NCBI GenBank assembly: GCA_002269645.1
Contig: NIVC01000093.1
Coordinates: 310,001-374,000, forward strand
Direction of reading: 5' to 3'
Origin: Macrostomum lignano
Taxonomy: Eukaryota
Length of the DNA stretch: 64,000 nt
Part shown: positions 1 through 13,100 of the stretch, in pieces
Layout of the letters: the number at the start of each line of letters is the position of its first letter
How positions within the stretch are numbered: the stretch's first letter is position 1
Program-made: the position numbers and the translations under genes
The notes under the pieces: generated by a model
The model's input: the letters and a program-made list of their open reading frames with translations, nothing else
Told to the model about the DNA's origin: nothing
Database searches by the model: none

Positions 1-137
1 GAATTATTGCATAACTAAACCTGTCATAATTAAATATAAGACAGAGTTCAGCTTCACCAATACAGCCAAACTTATATTCTGAGTGCAAATCCACTTTGCA
101 GAGACTATCATGTTTACAGAATCTTAAACATAAGAAA

Positions 138-412
138 GCAGGGTGGTAACCTTTGTGGTCAGAGCGTCGGGCTCGCGACTGAAAGGTCGGGGGTTCGATT
201 TTCGACCTATTTGGAAGAACAAGCAGTTCACCCAGCTGTAAAATTGGCGCCAGTATTAGCTGGGGTAATTGAGGGTGTGTAGCGACCCCCCCCCCCAGCC
301 CCAGTCCTTGGACTGAACAGCCGTACGCAGCCTTCAGATGCGCCGCGCAATAGCTTCGGCTGAGCTGTCAGTTGCACACCTGGCCATTATGGCAGGTGCA
401 ATACATTATTAT
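138..412 (+). mobile_element. tRNA-derived SINE, family A, copy 1 (in PAICS intron 2)
   Basis: tRNA-like head with A-box/B-box-like motifs (tggtcagagcg...ggttcgatt), central cacccagctgtaaaa, and a 3' body matching the reverse complement of 22276-22470; ends in hairpin cacctggccattatggcaggtg plus AT-rich tail. Confidence 0.75.
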
Positions 413-442
413 AAGAAAATGAGAATAAGCATTATTCCTTAC

Positions 443-1368
443 CTTCATATCAATGAGCGCGCAGTCCAACGAATGCCAAGCTCGCTCGAGAATTTCAAAC
501 ACAGCCGCTGTGGTGCCCTCCAAAATGTCCACATCGTTGCCAGTAATCTTGCGACTGCCGCAATTCAGGCCCATAGCAACTATTTGCTCTTTGGACACCT
601 GCGGATCGTCGTTAGCGTCGTCTTTAAAGAAGGTCTCGGATTTAACTGGCACAAACCGGTGGCCCTCGGGCACGCCGGGGTGGCGCTTCAGAAACGAGCC
701 GGTGGCGACGCGGCGGCACACGAACTCGATTGGGATCATGTGACAGCGGCGGGACAGCAGGCAAATGTCGTCAAGGATTCGTTCGAATGCGCACCTGAAT
801 TAGATAAAGATTCAAGATAGATAAAGAAAGAGGTCCAGTGCAACCAACCCCCAAGACACAGTGAAGTGTACATGCCTAACGATAATTAAAGTTAAGGCCA
901 CTGTAAACTCCCGCGTGAGTGTGTGCCTGCTCAGGGGAGTCGATGGATGCCTCTCGCCGGTTGTGCGACAATGTCGCTTAGAGTGCGTGCCTGGGCGCAC
1001 ACAACCTCTGCATCTCATAGAAAGATTTACACATCCATAATGAAACTTTTTTATGGGCTTACACTGCACTCACGACCAAGACCAAATTTGAGTCACTAGA
1101 TCAATGTGAAAACTTACTTAGCTTAAATTTAATCATTATGATAATTAAAAAAAGCTTACCTAATACCTGCTCGTTTTAGGTACTCAAACACCAGAGCTGT
1201 AGTTTTGTTGCTAACAGCAGCTTTGCCAGCCAATTCGTTCACTTTAGCAGCATTGTTAGCCGTGATTCGCTCCTTGGCATGCATCACGCATAGGCCTGGC
1301 TGACCTTTCACAGAATAGATTATCTTAGTCTTGCCCTCCGATAGCTTCTCATCTTTGTTGATTTCCAT
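443..1368 (-). CDS. PAICS: PAICS / SAICAR synthetase-AIR carboxylase, first two coding exons (rest lies left of the window)
   Basis: Exon 1 1368-1160 (MEINKDEKLSEGKTKIIY...KAAVSNKTTALVFEYLKRAGI) and exon 2 794-443 (CAFERILDD...MIPIEFVCRRVATGSFLKRHPG...FFKDDANDDPQ...LIDMK). GT-AG sites are phase-consistent (209+352 nt = 187 codons). EGKTK, PIEFVCRRxATGSF and FFKDDAxxDP are SAICAR synthetase motifs. Confidence 0.95.
841..1012 (+). mobile_element. SINE family B, 5'-truncated copy (in PAICS intron 1)
   Basis: ccaacccccaagacacagtgaagtgtacatgcctaacgataa...tgcctctcgccggttgtg...atgtcgctta aligns with the reverse complement of the 3' half of the full copy at 37096-37463. Confidence 0.75.
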
Positions 1369-2921
1369 TATTTGCTGCTTTATGATTGTAAAACTGAACT
1401 TTCAAATATTAATAATGAGCTTATAAAGCATGAATAGATTAATAAGGTATGCCATTACTGTTGACACAGATAATTATGTAAAAGTTAGCTAATTATTCTA
1501 TTAATTAATTTGTGATTACAAATAGTTTTGCTAATTTGATTACTCCAAGTATACTCAACATATGAAACAAGTGCCTAGAAAAAACAATTGGCAATTACCA
1601 ATCTTGTGATATCAATTTGGTATCTAATATTTAATTAAGCATTAACATCTCAACAATGTCAACATCCTACTACACAGTAAATATGAATTATCATAACAAA
1701 AAACTAAAATTAGACTTAATATATGTCCTGCTTAGCTTTGACTGAAAACTCAATTGGAATAAGTTTCACAAAACCTATGCATGCACAACAATAGATACAA
1801 AAAGTAGCCTAAATGTGCAACACAAGACAAAAAAAAGAAAAAATGCAACATGACACAAAAAATAACAATTTGAAAAACAACAAAACATGGCAGAAAATGC
1901 CAGATAACAACTAATACAAAAACCTAGAAAATAAAGTGAACATTCTGAAACTCTATACTCAAATTCTCAACCAACATCTATATAATTCTTGAAGTGTAAT
2001 ACATGTGTCATGGCTCTGGCACTGCTACCTATCAACTATGACATGCCGCAACAGTGGCAATATGAAAGATTGCTATGCTTTTTAACTCTGCCATGCTCTA
2101 TAGGAAAAGCATTGCAGACAAACCTTGATGAGCAATTTGCTTGCAGGCAAAATGCATTGCAGGCAAATCTTGGTTGGAAAAGCTGAGTGGTCAAATCTTG
2201 AGAGGCAAATTTGCTGCGGGCAATTGTTATCGACCCAAAAATAACACTGGCAATATTTACATATGGTACCATGCAAATAATGAGTGTCAACTAATTGTCT
2301 AGAAACCATTTTCCTATCATATACTAATAGCTTTCTCACTTAATTCTGGTAGCATTATATATAAATTTGGCCTAAGCAATATATAACTAATATTAATACT
2401 GGTATATGTGCTATATATATTTTTTTAGTCCTAGTATTGCCAAGATCAGAGGATCATGGCATCAATATTTTATAAGTAGTGCCAAAGATCTCCTTCATTT
2501 TCTCTCTTATATGGTCTACTTAACAATAGTATATACTATATGCATTTCCCTCTACTTTGTTGCAAAAAATGAATGAACTCATTATTAACCTTTTCTGAAA
2601 TATTTCTGTGGAACTCATTATTAACCTTTTTCAATTACTTGATAAATTGCTTTCAGGCTCAATACAAGTCAAGTTGCCTCCTCTTGCTCCAAAAATGTGT
2701 CTATTCTAGTATTTATATTTTTTCTTGACTATTTAAAACATTAAATTGGGAAAATTTGGAAATATGAGTAGTTTTTCTACAAAAAGTTTTCTTATCTGAT
2801 TGTCAGGAATGTTCTTTTATATTCTGGAACATTCTCAATGTAATGTGCAAATAAATAGTAGTGTAGTGTGCATAAAAAACTACAATAGATAAAACACATT
2901 CTTTGCTTGACTTGATCTGAA

Positions 2922-3530
2922 ATGGTAAAAGATACTTTATTCTCAAAAGACCTGCCAGCATATGCTGCTTCTCATGACTATCGCTCTGGCAAGAATGCAA
3001 GCCAATTGGCCACTGAAATCAATGCTATATTTGGTGCAGGAACCCTCACCTATCAGACTGCCAACAATTGGTTCAGGCGATTCAAAGATGGAGATAAGGG
3101 CCTCAAAGACAAGCCCTGCAGTGGCTGGCCAACAGAGCTTAACAACGATACACTTGAGCAGCTGCTTGAGTGGGACACCTGGCAGACTATGCGTGAGCTG
3201 GCCGTGCAGCTGGGTGTACATCACTCCACTGTTGTTGACCACCTTTACCATCTGAACAAGAAGCCAAAGCTAGGATGTTGGGTGCCCCACCAGCTGACTG
3301 CCACTGACATGGACACTGGCACATTGAGGCCGCCCTCACCATGCTCTCCCAATCCTGCCATCCAGATTGGCTAGATGAGGTAGTGACAAGTGACACAAAT
3401 GGTGCCTCTATGTCAACATCCGATGCAAGTGACAATGGGTTGATTCTGATGCAAAGCCAGAGTGAAAGGCCAAGGCTGAACTGTACCCCAAAAAGGTCAT
3501 GCTTTCAGTCTTCTGGGACATAAAAGGAAC
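2922..3530 (+). pseudogene. Mariner (Mos1-like) transposase relic
   Basis: HTH region (TYQTANNWFRRFKDGDKGLKDKPCSGWP), WVPHQL motif, then frameshifted VVTSD (first catalytic D) and a degenerate K(V)M..FWD segment; interrupted by frameshifts. Confidence 0.85.
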
Positions 3531-4139
3531 AGTGTTGCCACTTGGTATTGACTATATAAAGTTTCCTCCACAAGAAAAAAACTTTCCTCCAAAATTTCTT
3601 GCTTTGAAATGGATGTTTTGGTGCTTTTTTATTAGCTGAGCAGTCTATTTTGGCAGTCTGCCTGACTGTTTCTAGATTTTTTCCTAAAAAGTTCTAATTC
3701 ACTTAAGAAAAAAGTTGCATTTTTAAGCTAGGCACTTGCACCTAATTTTACTTAAAGCCATTTTGGTAGGACTATATATTACATTTATAAATTATGTTTC
3801 AATGATAGATCCCCAAAATGCAAATGAATACAGTTAAGGTTTTTGAACTTCAGACTATTTTAGTGTAGCCTAAGAAAGAGGTAAGTACATACAATTACAA
3901 TATTGACTAAATAGAATAGCAAGCCTAATTGAAACATTGAAAAAGTACAATGATAAATTTTATTACAAGATTTTGCAGAAGATTGAAAATTTTAACAAGA
4001 GCAGACAAGAAACTTACAATTTCCTCTGAAATTCATAAAATTCTTTGAAGGAAATTCACACTTGATAAAATTTCTTCCAGCCTTCCTTGTGGAGGAAATT
4101 TCCTTTGAAGTGGCAATACTGGAAACACTGGAAACTTCA

Positions 4140-4890
4140 CAACAGACTTTCTTTGTTGTGAAGGAGCCCTTTCTACAGCTCTACATCTTCCATGGCAATG
4201 TACACAAGAATGAGTCAGTCAAACAGATACCATAGGTCTACATTTTGATGCCCGGAAAGAGCAAGCAAGACTATCGACGTACACTGCAAGCTCTCAATGA
4301 TATGCTTCCCAAGTGCCAACTGACAAGCATCGTGCTTGATTATAAAGCTGGAATATGGAGAGCTGCTAAGTCTGTCTTTCTGGCAGGTATGAAACTGCTT
4401 GGGTGCAGTTTTCACTATTCCCAGGCAATTTGGTGACACATCCAGTCAATGGGCCTGCAGCCAGCCTATGCAAACGAGACTGTATGGGCCTTCTGCTACA
4501 AATTGATGGCATTGCCATTTTTGCCAGGCAATTGTATGCATGCTGCATTCACTGAGCTGCAGCAGACAATCCAGAACCAACAATTGCGCAAGCTCTACAA
4601 GTACGTTGCCAACACATGGCTCAATAGCATAGTCTGGCAGTTAGACAAGATCAGCATCTTCCATAAGAATATCAAAACAAACAATGGGCCTGAAGGCTAC
4701 CATCATTGCCTCAACCAAAGGGCACAGGGTGGCAACATGGGCTTCTGCAAGCTTGCCTCGCTCCTTTATAATGAAGCAAAGGTAGCCAATCTCCACACTA
4801 AGCTAGTATCTTAGGAGCAGCTTAGCCGCTACCAGAGGCTTGCCCAGTGTACCAAGGAGGCCAAGTTGATGCATTATTGGTCTAAGTACT
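4140..4890 (+). pseudogene. Mutator-like (MULE) transposase relic
   Basis: TFFVVKEPFLQLYIFHG...P*VYILMPGKS...IVLDY...GCSFHYSQAIW*...KLMALPFLP...TNNGPEGYH: the MULE DxTF/QLY, CxFHxxQA and TNNxxEgyH motifs, with in-frame stops. Confidence 0.85.
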
Positions 4891-5265
4891 AAGTAGGCAC
4901 CAAAACAGCAGCTCAATTGTTAAGTACTACGGCCAAGTATAAAGTTACCAAGTGACCAATTGCTTTTGTAATCGTTGTGTAACTATGAACAAAGCATGAA
5001 TATTTACATTTTTTATAGTGCTATAGTGTAATAGTTTGTATTTGAATGAGCTATAACTTTTATGTACATGTACTTGTTTTTGCTTCAATATGTTATACTT
5101 TGTTCTTAAAAAACAATTGTTATACATACTTTACAAGTAATACTTGCATTTTAGTGTAGCTACAGTATCTAAATATATGTTCTGCAAATTGCTTTTGTTT
5201 TCAAATCGATTTAGACGAGCTCCATATATCACAAAAATCCACAAGTTACATAAGTTACAAGTTAC

Positions 5266-5706
5266 CCATAGTCGGGAAGGTGGCACAATGTGCGCGGAAC
5301 TATTTTGATGCCTTTTGAGCACTGTGCGCCATGCGCCATGAACAAAAGATTTTGTGCGCTGCAGCGCGCCATGATAAGGTAAGTCTAAGGTAAGGTAAAG
5401 AAAGGTAAGGTATTTATTCTACCGTAAGGAATTTACGGTAGACAAATTTGAATTTCATTTACATATTTTATATCGTGATTTACGTAATTTACGTAATTTT
5501 ATTTTACGAATTATGGAATTAGGCCTGACACTATATATTTTGCAAAGTATAACGAAGTGTAACTATATATTTTTTCAGCACCATGCGCCATGTGCGCCAC
5601 CAGAGCATTTCCAATTTTTCCTTGTACATCGTGTGCGCCGTGTGTGCCAAAAAAGGCCAATTTGCGCCGGAAAATTCACCAAAAACTGCCACCTTCCCAG
5701 CTATGG
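5266..5706. mobile_element. Non-autonomous DNA transposon (MITE), 441 bp, 20-bp TIR, 8-bp TSD
   Basis: TIRs ccatagtcgggaaggtggca (5266-5285) and tgccaccttcccagctatgg (5687-5706), 18/20 match; flanked by direct repeat caagttac (5258-5265, 5707-5714); internal tgcgcc sub-repeats. Confidence 0.85.
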
Positions 5707-8700
5707 CAAGTTACCAACTTCTAAAAAAATTATGCATTAATAAAAAAATGCATCATTATTTTATAAAAACTTGGCAATATATACATGGTCATTTTTTGGC
5801 GTCAGGGTTTTCTTTTTTGCTAGAGACAATATGCAAAATTGCACTTTATGCTCAATTTCATGGTGCGATTTTAAGGCTTAAAGTGCAATTTCTCTTTTCT
5901 TGTTTTAAGGCAGTGCAAATGAGGCTTTAATAGAAAAATTAGTTATGAGACTGCACCTAAACCGCAGTTACATTCTAATTTCAGGGTGCAATTTTAAAAT
6001 TTAAGGTGCATATGCACATTCTATGCACAAAAAATAAACCCAGTTTGGCATTATCAAAATGTCCTGGAAAATGTTACCAAACTGTCTTGAAAATGTTAGG
6101 CCTATAGAACTGTCTTTGCTGTTACCAAACTGTCTGTTACTGAATTGTCTATTACTAAACTATCCTATATTCAGTAGTATCAGTACATATACAAAACTAA
6201 ACACAAACAAATGCACACTCCTAGCTAGGGCCTATGGAGATAAGCTGAAAATTAATGACATGGATCTGTATGGATAAAATTGGAATTCTTGACATGGCCT
6301 ATAGACTTGAAATTGAATGGTGGCAGCTAGTTCAATAATAAGCTGCCATGGGGATAAGCTGGAAAGTAGGCCCTATTGACATAGATCCATGTAGATAAAA
6401 TTAGAATTATTGGCATTGGACCATGGGGATAAGCACTTCCATGTAAAAAAGTAATTAAGAGCAATGGATTCGATCTACTACTAGGCCTAGGATGATTTTT
6501 TGTAGGCCTATCAAGATGCGCAGGCACAGCCTACTCTTACAGGCTAGGCCCTATGCCTAGCTTAAGGGCTAAGGATTCTGACTAGGCCTGTTATGGCCTA
6601 CTCAGTAGGGCCTACACTTGGTTTAGTTTCACTTCAATGTAACCGAAACCGTGTAAAATATGTCGTTCAATCAAGGGGAAGTGTTATTGTTTATCGTAGG
6701 TGTATATACATTTCCAAGTCCAATAAATAAACACAAAAATTAAAATACTACACGCACGCATGTGACAGCTACGAGCTAAGTACTGTACTGTGAAGTTCAC
6801 AGAAGACTCATCACTCATGCCTGCAGTGCATTGCAGGCTGTTACAACAATGGACTTACTGAATTATACCAACTCCTTTTCTCTACTTTTCAGATGAAGTT
6901 TGAGCGTGCGCAATTTAAAAAATATACTGATTATTATTAGTGAAACAAAAAATCACTAAAACTGTAAAACCTTAGGCGGAAATCTAATTGAATCTATGTT
7001 AAATATAGATTTTGTCTATATATTAGTATACTTAAGTGTATAGGCAATATTATTTTTGAAAGAAAACGTTTTTTGAACAAAATTGATTTTTGCCATTCAC
7101 CGAAACGTACTACCGCTGCCTCTAACTAAAGAAGCTTATTTACTGTTTAAAAGTGTATTAAACCTACATTGCTGCCTTAGTTGGAGCGAAATGTAATTTT
7201 TTGGCAACTAAGAATTTTATTTTATTTTTAGTCCCTAAGCACCTTATCTCAAATACCAATTAGTATGATTAATTAAGTTTAGGAAAAAATAGTCAGTTGT
7301 TATTGTTAGTATTAGTTAGTGACAAAAGACAAATACTAAACTTCTTCAAGTTTAGGCCCTCCCTATGTTAATAAATTACTTGCAGTTTTGTTAGGAGCAT
7401 AATTTCGTCTCTATAAAGTTTTTTGATGGTGCTGATTTTATCAAAATAGACATATGTCATAGTTGAAGTATTTTATAAACAAACTTGAAGTCCCAAATAG
7501 GCCTACTGGCCTACTATATAAAGTAATGTGTATTGACTTGATACAATGGTAATTTCTAGTGGTTCTTCTCAATTGTCATTGTTGTACCTTAGTGCCATAG
7601 TGGCTAGACCCTAGCTTCAACTTTACTTAATGATAATGTTGAATGAAATTTATTCTTATAACCATTAACTACATGTATGTATATAATAGTAGTTTTTTTG
7701 TATTGACTGCAAAAATAATAGCTTTGCTATTATATTTTATAGGCCTACTCCAAGTAATTACTTAGATAAGCCCAGATAATATAAGCATTTTTGCTTAATG
7801 TTTTGACTATAAAAAAAACTTTCAATAATTTTTATTGTCACTATTATGTCAATAACAAATGCAAGTCTTTTATTTTTAATAGGGCCTATATTCAATGAAT
7901 ATTCAATAATTTTTTAAATAAGTAAAGACTAGATGTTTTGTCATAATAAATTGGACTATTAATAAAAGCTGCATTGGGTGCTGGATGAGTACTTTATTTT
8001 GCAAATTGCAAGTTGAGCTAGGTTTATTTATTATAATTTTTAGCATTTTTTTGTAAAAAAAACACTTATCTTTAAGATGAAATGTATTGTCATAGTTATA
8101 GGCCTAATAAAATGTTTTATCATGTTAAATAAGTAAATGAGAATACAATGCATTTTACAGGTATCTATATTAGATATATATAGCCTAATAACAACAAAAT
8201 AATTTCTCCTATCACATAGTGGCCAAAAAGGGAGAGAAGTCAGGGAGCATATCTCTAGGCCATAACTTTTAAAGTCACCTCTAGCTAGGGAGCCAGAATC
8301 AGTCAAAGCCTATCAGTATATTTCTCCATTCACCTTTTTACCTCCATTCACCTCCATGCAGTCTTTGTAGCTTAAAGAGTAGTATTTTATTTAATAGCTC
8401 AAGGTAGCAGGCCTCCAAATGGATAGGATGGCTAGCCAATCAAATTTGCAACTTATGCAACATGTTAGAAGGCATGCCCTTGCATAGAATATGACATTGG
8501 TCTCCCTGCCTGGACTGCTATGCTCTCTAAATGCCATATCTAACATCTAGCTGCATCTTTAAAATAACTATCAGGGTCTACTAAGTCTCAGCATTAAAGA
8601 ATAAGATATTTTCAATAACTGCCTAAAATAGCCACATTCTAAGCCTATTATCTAGGACCTTAGAATAGGCCCCTAAAGCACAGAGCATATAAAACATATT

Positions 8701-9027
8701 GTTTAACACTATTAAATAAGTTTAACTTAGTTTTAGTTTTCAAATGACTAGGGCCCTAATACTGATAGCCATAGTCAGCTACACTACTTACTATTACTAC
8801 TACTACTAATACTTACTATTACTACCATTAGTTTATATATTACTACATAGCTGCCAGTTGATCATAGCATTCTTAGACTTACTTGGCCTTATTCAACTCA
8901 ACTTGCCAATGTTTAGTATTGTCCTCTCTGACCTCTCTTGCATTTAGGCTTTATATATATGTGAAATATAGAGTTATATTGCATTGCCACTATTTAGAAA
9001 GATACCTTGCTTTTGCCAGTAATATTA

Positions 9028-9728
9028 TACCTTTTAACAGTGTTGTTGGTCATAAGTGAAATTTATTTAGTCCAAGTGTTCCTACCACTGAGTGAAGTGA
9101 GTTTGATATAGTCTAGCTATTGATTTTGGCCATAGACGATTGAGGAAAAGTGAAATATATTTGGTCGCTCTTGCTTAGCACTGAGCTTATTGTGACTTAA
9201 AGTTAGTCGTAGTGAAATTTATTTAGTCCGCTTAGAGTTCTTGTTTGGCTATAGAATTTGCTGAATCATAGAATTCTTTCCATGGAGGCTCCAGCAGCAC
9301 AGAGACGAGTCGCTGTTTCGCAGCAAGACAGGCGAAGGCTGGTCAATGCCTTTGTTCTCAACGAGGACTGGCTCAATTTGGCAAAACAGCTCAACATACC
9401 GCACCAGTCTGCAAGGAATGTTATCGTTAAGTTTGAGCAAACTGGTCGTGTCGAGGCGGAAAAGCGAGGAGGCAACATGTTACATCTTACACATCTTATG
9501 TGTTTTTGCGCCTTTTATGAAAGTTTACGATCTCGTTGACCATATTCATTTCACTTTGACTAAATAAAAGTCACAATCTCGTTGTGCGCGCTAAAAATGA
9601 CTATATTGAATTCACCGTCTATGGCTGCAAGCTAATTGAAGCGACTAAATCAAACTCACTTCGCTCAGTGGTAGGAGCACTTAGACTAGATAAATTTCAC
9701 TTATGCCCAACAACACTGTTAAAAGGCA
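9028..9728 (+). mobile_element. Tc1/IS630-like mini-element: ~110-bp imperfect TIRs, TA TSD, HTH-only ORF
   Basis: 9028-9140 is the imperfect reverse complement of ~9617-9728; TA at 9026-27 and 9729-30; internal ORF MEAPAAQRRVAVSQQDRRRLVNAF...LAKQLNIPHQSARNVIVKFEQTGRVEAEKRGG resembles a transposase N-terminal HTH; subterminal direct repeats gtgaaat(t/a)tatttrgtc. Confidence 0.75.
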
Positions 9729-9734
9729 TAGTAA

Positions 9735-9900
9735 GCCCCTTAATTATCCTAGCTAAAACTGATACCCATTTATAGCTAGGTAAAGTAAAGCAATATAGAG
9801 TTAAGTGTCTTGCTTAAATAATACAACCCTATTGGGATTGGGAATTGAACCCCTGACCTTCAAGTTGCAAGTCTAATACTCCAACCACTAGGCTACAACC
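9735..9900 (-). mobile_element. tRNA-derived SINE, family A, copy 2 (5' part)
   Basis: Minus strand ggttgtagcctagtggttggagt...ggggttcaattccc head, then ttaagcaagacacttaactc and cctagctataaatgggtatcagttttagctaggataatt, matching copy 1 (cccagctgtaaaattggcgccagtattagctggggtaatt). Confidence 0.7.
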
Positions 9901-10119
9901 TCTTTCACTAGGTTATTACCCTCTTGGCTTGCTTGGCCTTTGTGGTCAAACGAGAATTATAGGCATATTTACATATAGAAATGATCTTATAACGGTATAA
10001 TTGAATCACATTAATAAGAAGAAGGGGCACTTTTTTACATAGCATTGCATTGTTTTTACTACATCAATTGCTTCTTTTTTACTCTTGCTACAATATAAAA
10101 TATTTCAGAATTGACAAAC

Positions 10120-13100
10120 ATGGACAAGTTAAAGAAAGTTCTATCTGGCAATGATGATGATAACACTGATAGAGAAGGAATTATCGCAGAGGTAAGTATT
10201 CGATTTAAGGAATACATCTTTTTGGTATTTGTGGGCGTAGTGCCATAGACATATATTATTTATTTTTCTTTTATTTTAATATATTTATTGGCTTGATTAA
10301 AATCCCTAGGACAATGATGATGATGTGCCACTACTCTGGAGGGTGGGTAGAGGCATTTGCTATAACACGTTAATAAAAAATTTCTGTTGTTAATTGTTAT
10401 AACTAAAACTGTTTCCCAATCAATGTAGATCTCTAGTTCTGGTTTTGTTTGCTCCCAAGAGAAAAATGTTGTGTTGTTTTATGTACTAAGTATTATGCAC
10501 TTTTTAAATTAAAGTTTGTACTGTTAATTGTTATTTATTTTTTGTTTTCTTAATATTTCAAATATTATTAAATTTACTTGCTAATTGTTTAACATTCATT
10601 CTAGAAGCTATATTTTTTATACTGTCTTAATTCTCAAAAAATCTATTTGAATTTCACAATTTCAAACAGTTCAGCGACAGAACAACATTCAGTTGGAGCT
10701 CGCGGATTAAAGGATTCATAGCCTGCTTCGTTATTGGCTGGATTTTTTCCCTGCTAGTAAGTTGCAATTGTATCTGCGCCTTGCTGCTTTTCTAAGTAAA
10801 TACCTGTTGGATAGAATTACCATCAACTAGCATGCACTCACCTTAGTACTGAATGGAAAGTTGAGACTTTTGTAGCAAACAAATGTGTTTCAAGTTGCTT
10901 TCATTGACACAATAGCCAAAATAGCATCCTGACCTTGATTTTAGCATCCTGACCTTGATTTTGCCATCCTGACATTGATTTTGGCATCCTGAACTTGATT
11001 TTGGTATCCTGACTTTGATTTTGGCATCCTGATCTTGATTTTGGCATGCTGACGATTTTGGCATCCTGAACTTGATTTTAGCATCCTAACCTTGATTTTG
11101 CCATCCTGACTTTGATTTTGGCATCCTGTCCTTGATTTTGCCATCCTGACTTTGATTTTGGCATCCTAACCTTGATTTTGGCATCCTGACCTTGATTTTG
11201 GCATCCTGACTTTGATTTTAGCATCCAGACCTTGATTTTGGCATCCTGACCTTGATTTTAGCATCCAAACCTTGATTTAGGCATACTGACCTTGATTTTG
11301 GCATCCTGACCTTGATTTTAGCATCCAAACCTTGATTTAGGCATACTGACCTTGATTTTGGCATCCTGACCTTGATTTTAGCATCCAAACCTTGATTTAG
11401 GCATACTGACCTTGATTTTGACATCCGGACCTTGATTTTAGCATCCTTACCTTGATTTTGACATCCTTACCTTGATTTTAGAATCCTGACCTTGATTTTA
11501 GCATCCTGACCTTGATTTTGACATCCTAACTTTGATTTTGGCATCCTGACCTTGATTTTGGCATCCTGACATTGATTTTGATACTCTGACTTTGATTTTG
11601 ATACTGTGGCTTTGATTTTGGCATTATAACTTTGATTTTGATACTCTGACTTTGATTTTGATACTCTGACCTTGATTTTGATACTCTGACTTTGATTTTG
11701 GCATCCTGACCTTGATTTTGGCATCCTGACCTTGATTTTAGCATCCTAACCTTGATTTAGGCATACTGACCTTGATTTTGACATCCAGACCTTGATTTTA
11801 GCATCCTAACCTTGATTTTGACCTCCTGACCTTGATTTTGGCATCCTGACTTTGATTTTGGCATCCTGACCTTGATTTTGGCATCCTGACCTTGATTTTA
11901 GCATCCAAACCTTGATTTAGTCATACTGACCTTGATTTTGGCATCCTGACCTTGATTTTAGCATCCTTACCTTGATTTTGGCATCCTGACCTTGATTTTG
12001 GCATCCTGACCTTGATTTTAGCATCCTAACCTTGATTTAGGCATACTGACCTTGATTTTGACATCCGGACCTTGATTTTAGCATCCTAACCTTGATTTTG
12101 GCCTCCTGACCTTGATTTTGGCATCCTGACTTTGATTTTGGCATCCTGACCTTGATTTTGGCATCCTGACCTTGATTTTAGCATCCAAACCTTGATTTAG
12201 TCATACTGACCTTGATTTTGGCATCCTGACCTTGATTTTAGCATCCTTACCTTGATTTTGGCATCCTGACTTTGATTTTTGAATCCTGACCTTGATTTTG
12301 GCATCCTGACCTTGATTTAAGCATCCAAACCTTGATTTAGGCATACTGACCTTGATTTTGACATCCGGACCTTGATTTTAGCATCCTAACCTTTATTTTG
12401 GCATCCTGACCTTGATTTTGGCATCCTGACTTTGATTTTAGAATCCTGACCTTGATTTTAGCATCCTGACCTTGATTTTAGAATCCTGATCTTGATTTTT
12501 GCATCCTGACTTTGATTTTGGCATCCTGACCTTGATTTTGGCATCCTGACCTTGATTTTAGCATCCTAACCTTGATTTAGGCATACTGACCTTGATTTTG
12601 ACATCCGGACCTTGATTTTAGCATCCTAACCTTGATTTTGGCATCCTGACCTTGATTTTGGCATCCTGACTTTGATTTAGGCATCCTGACCTTGATTTTT
12701 GCATCCTGACCTTGATTTTAGCATCCAAACCTTGATTTAGGCATACTGACCTTGATTTTGACATCCTGACCTTGATTTTAGCATCCTTACCTTGATTTTG
12801 GCATCCTGACTTTGATTTTAGAATCCTGACCTTGATTTTAGCATCCTGACCTTGATTTTAGCATCCTGACCTTGATTTTAGAATCCTGATCTTAATTTTT
12901 GCATCCTGACTTTGATTTTGGCATCCTGGCCTTGATTTAGGCATACTGATCTTGATTTTACCATCCTGACTTTGATTTTGGCATCCTGAACTTGATTTTG
13001 GCATCCTGACCTTGATTTTAGCATCCAAACCTTGATTTAGGCATACTGACCTTGATTTTGGCATCCTGACCTTGATTTTAGCATCCAAACCTTGATTTAG

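Noticed and set aside
10308-10380. Possible C/D box snoRNA in SFT2 intron 1 (aATGATGA...)
   Set aside because: A box C-like motif is present, but there is no well-placed CTGA box D or terminal stem.
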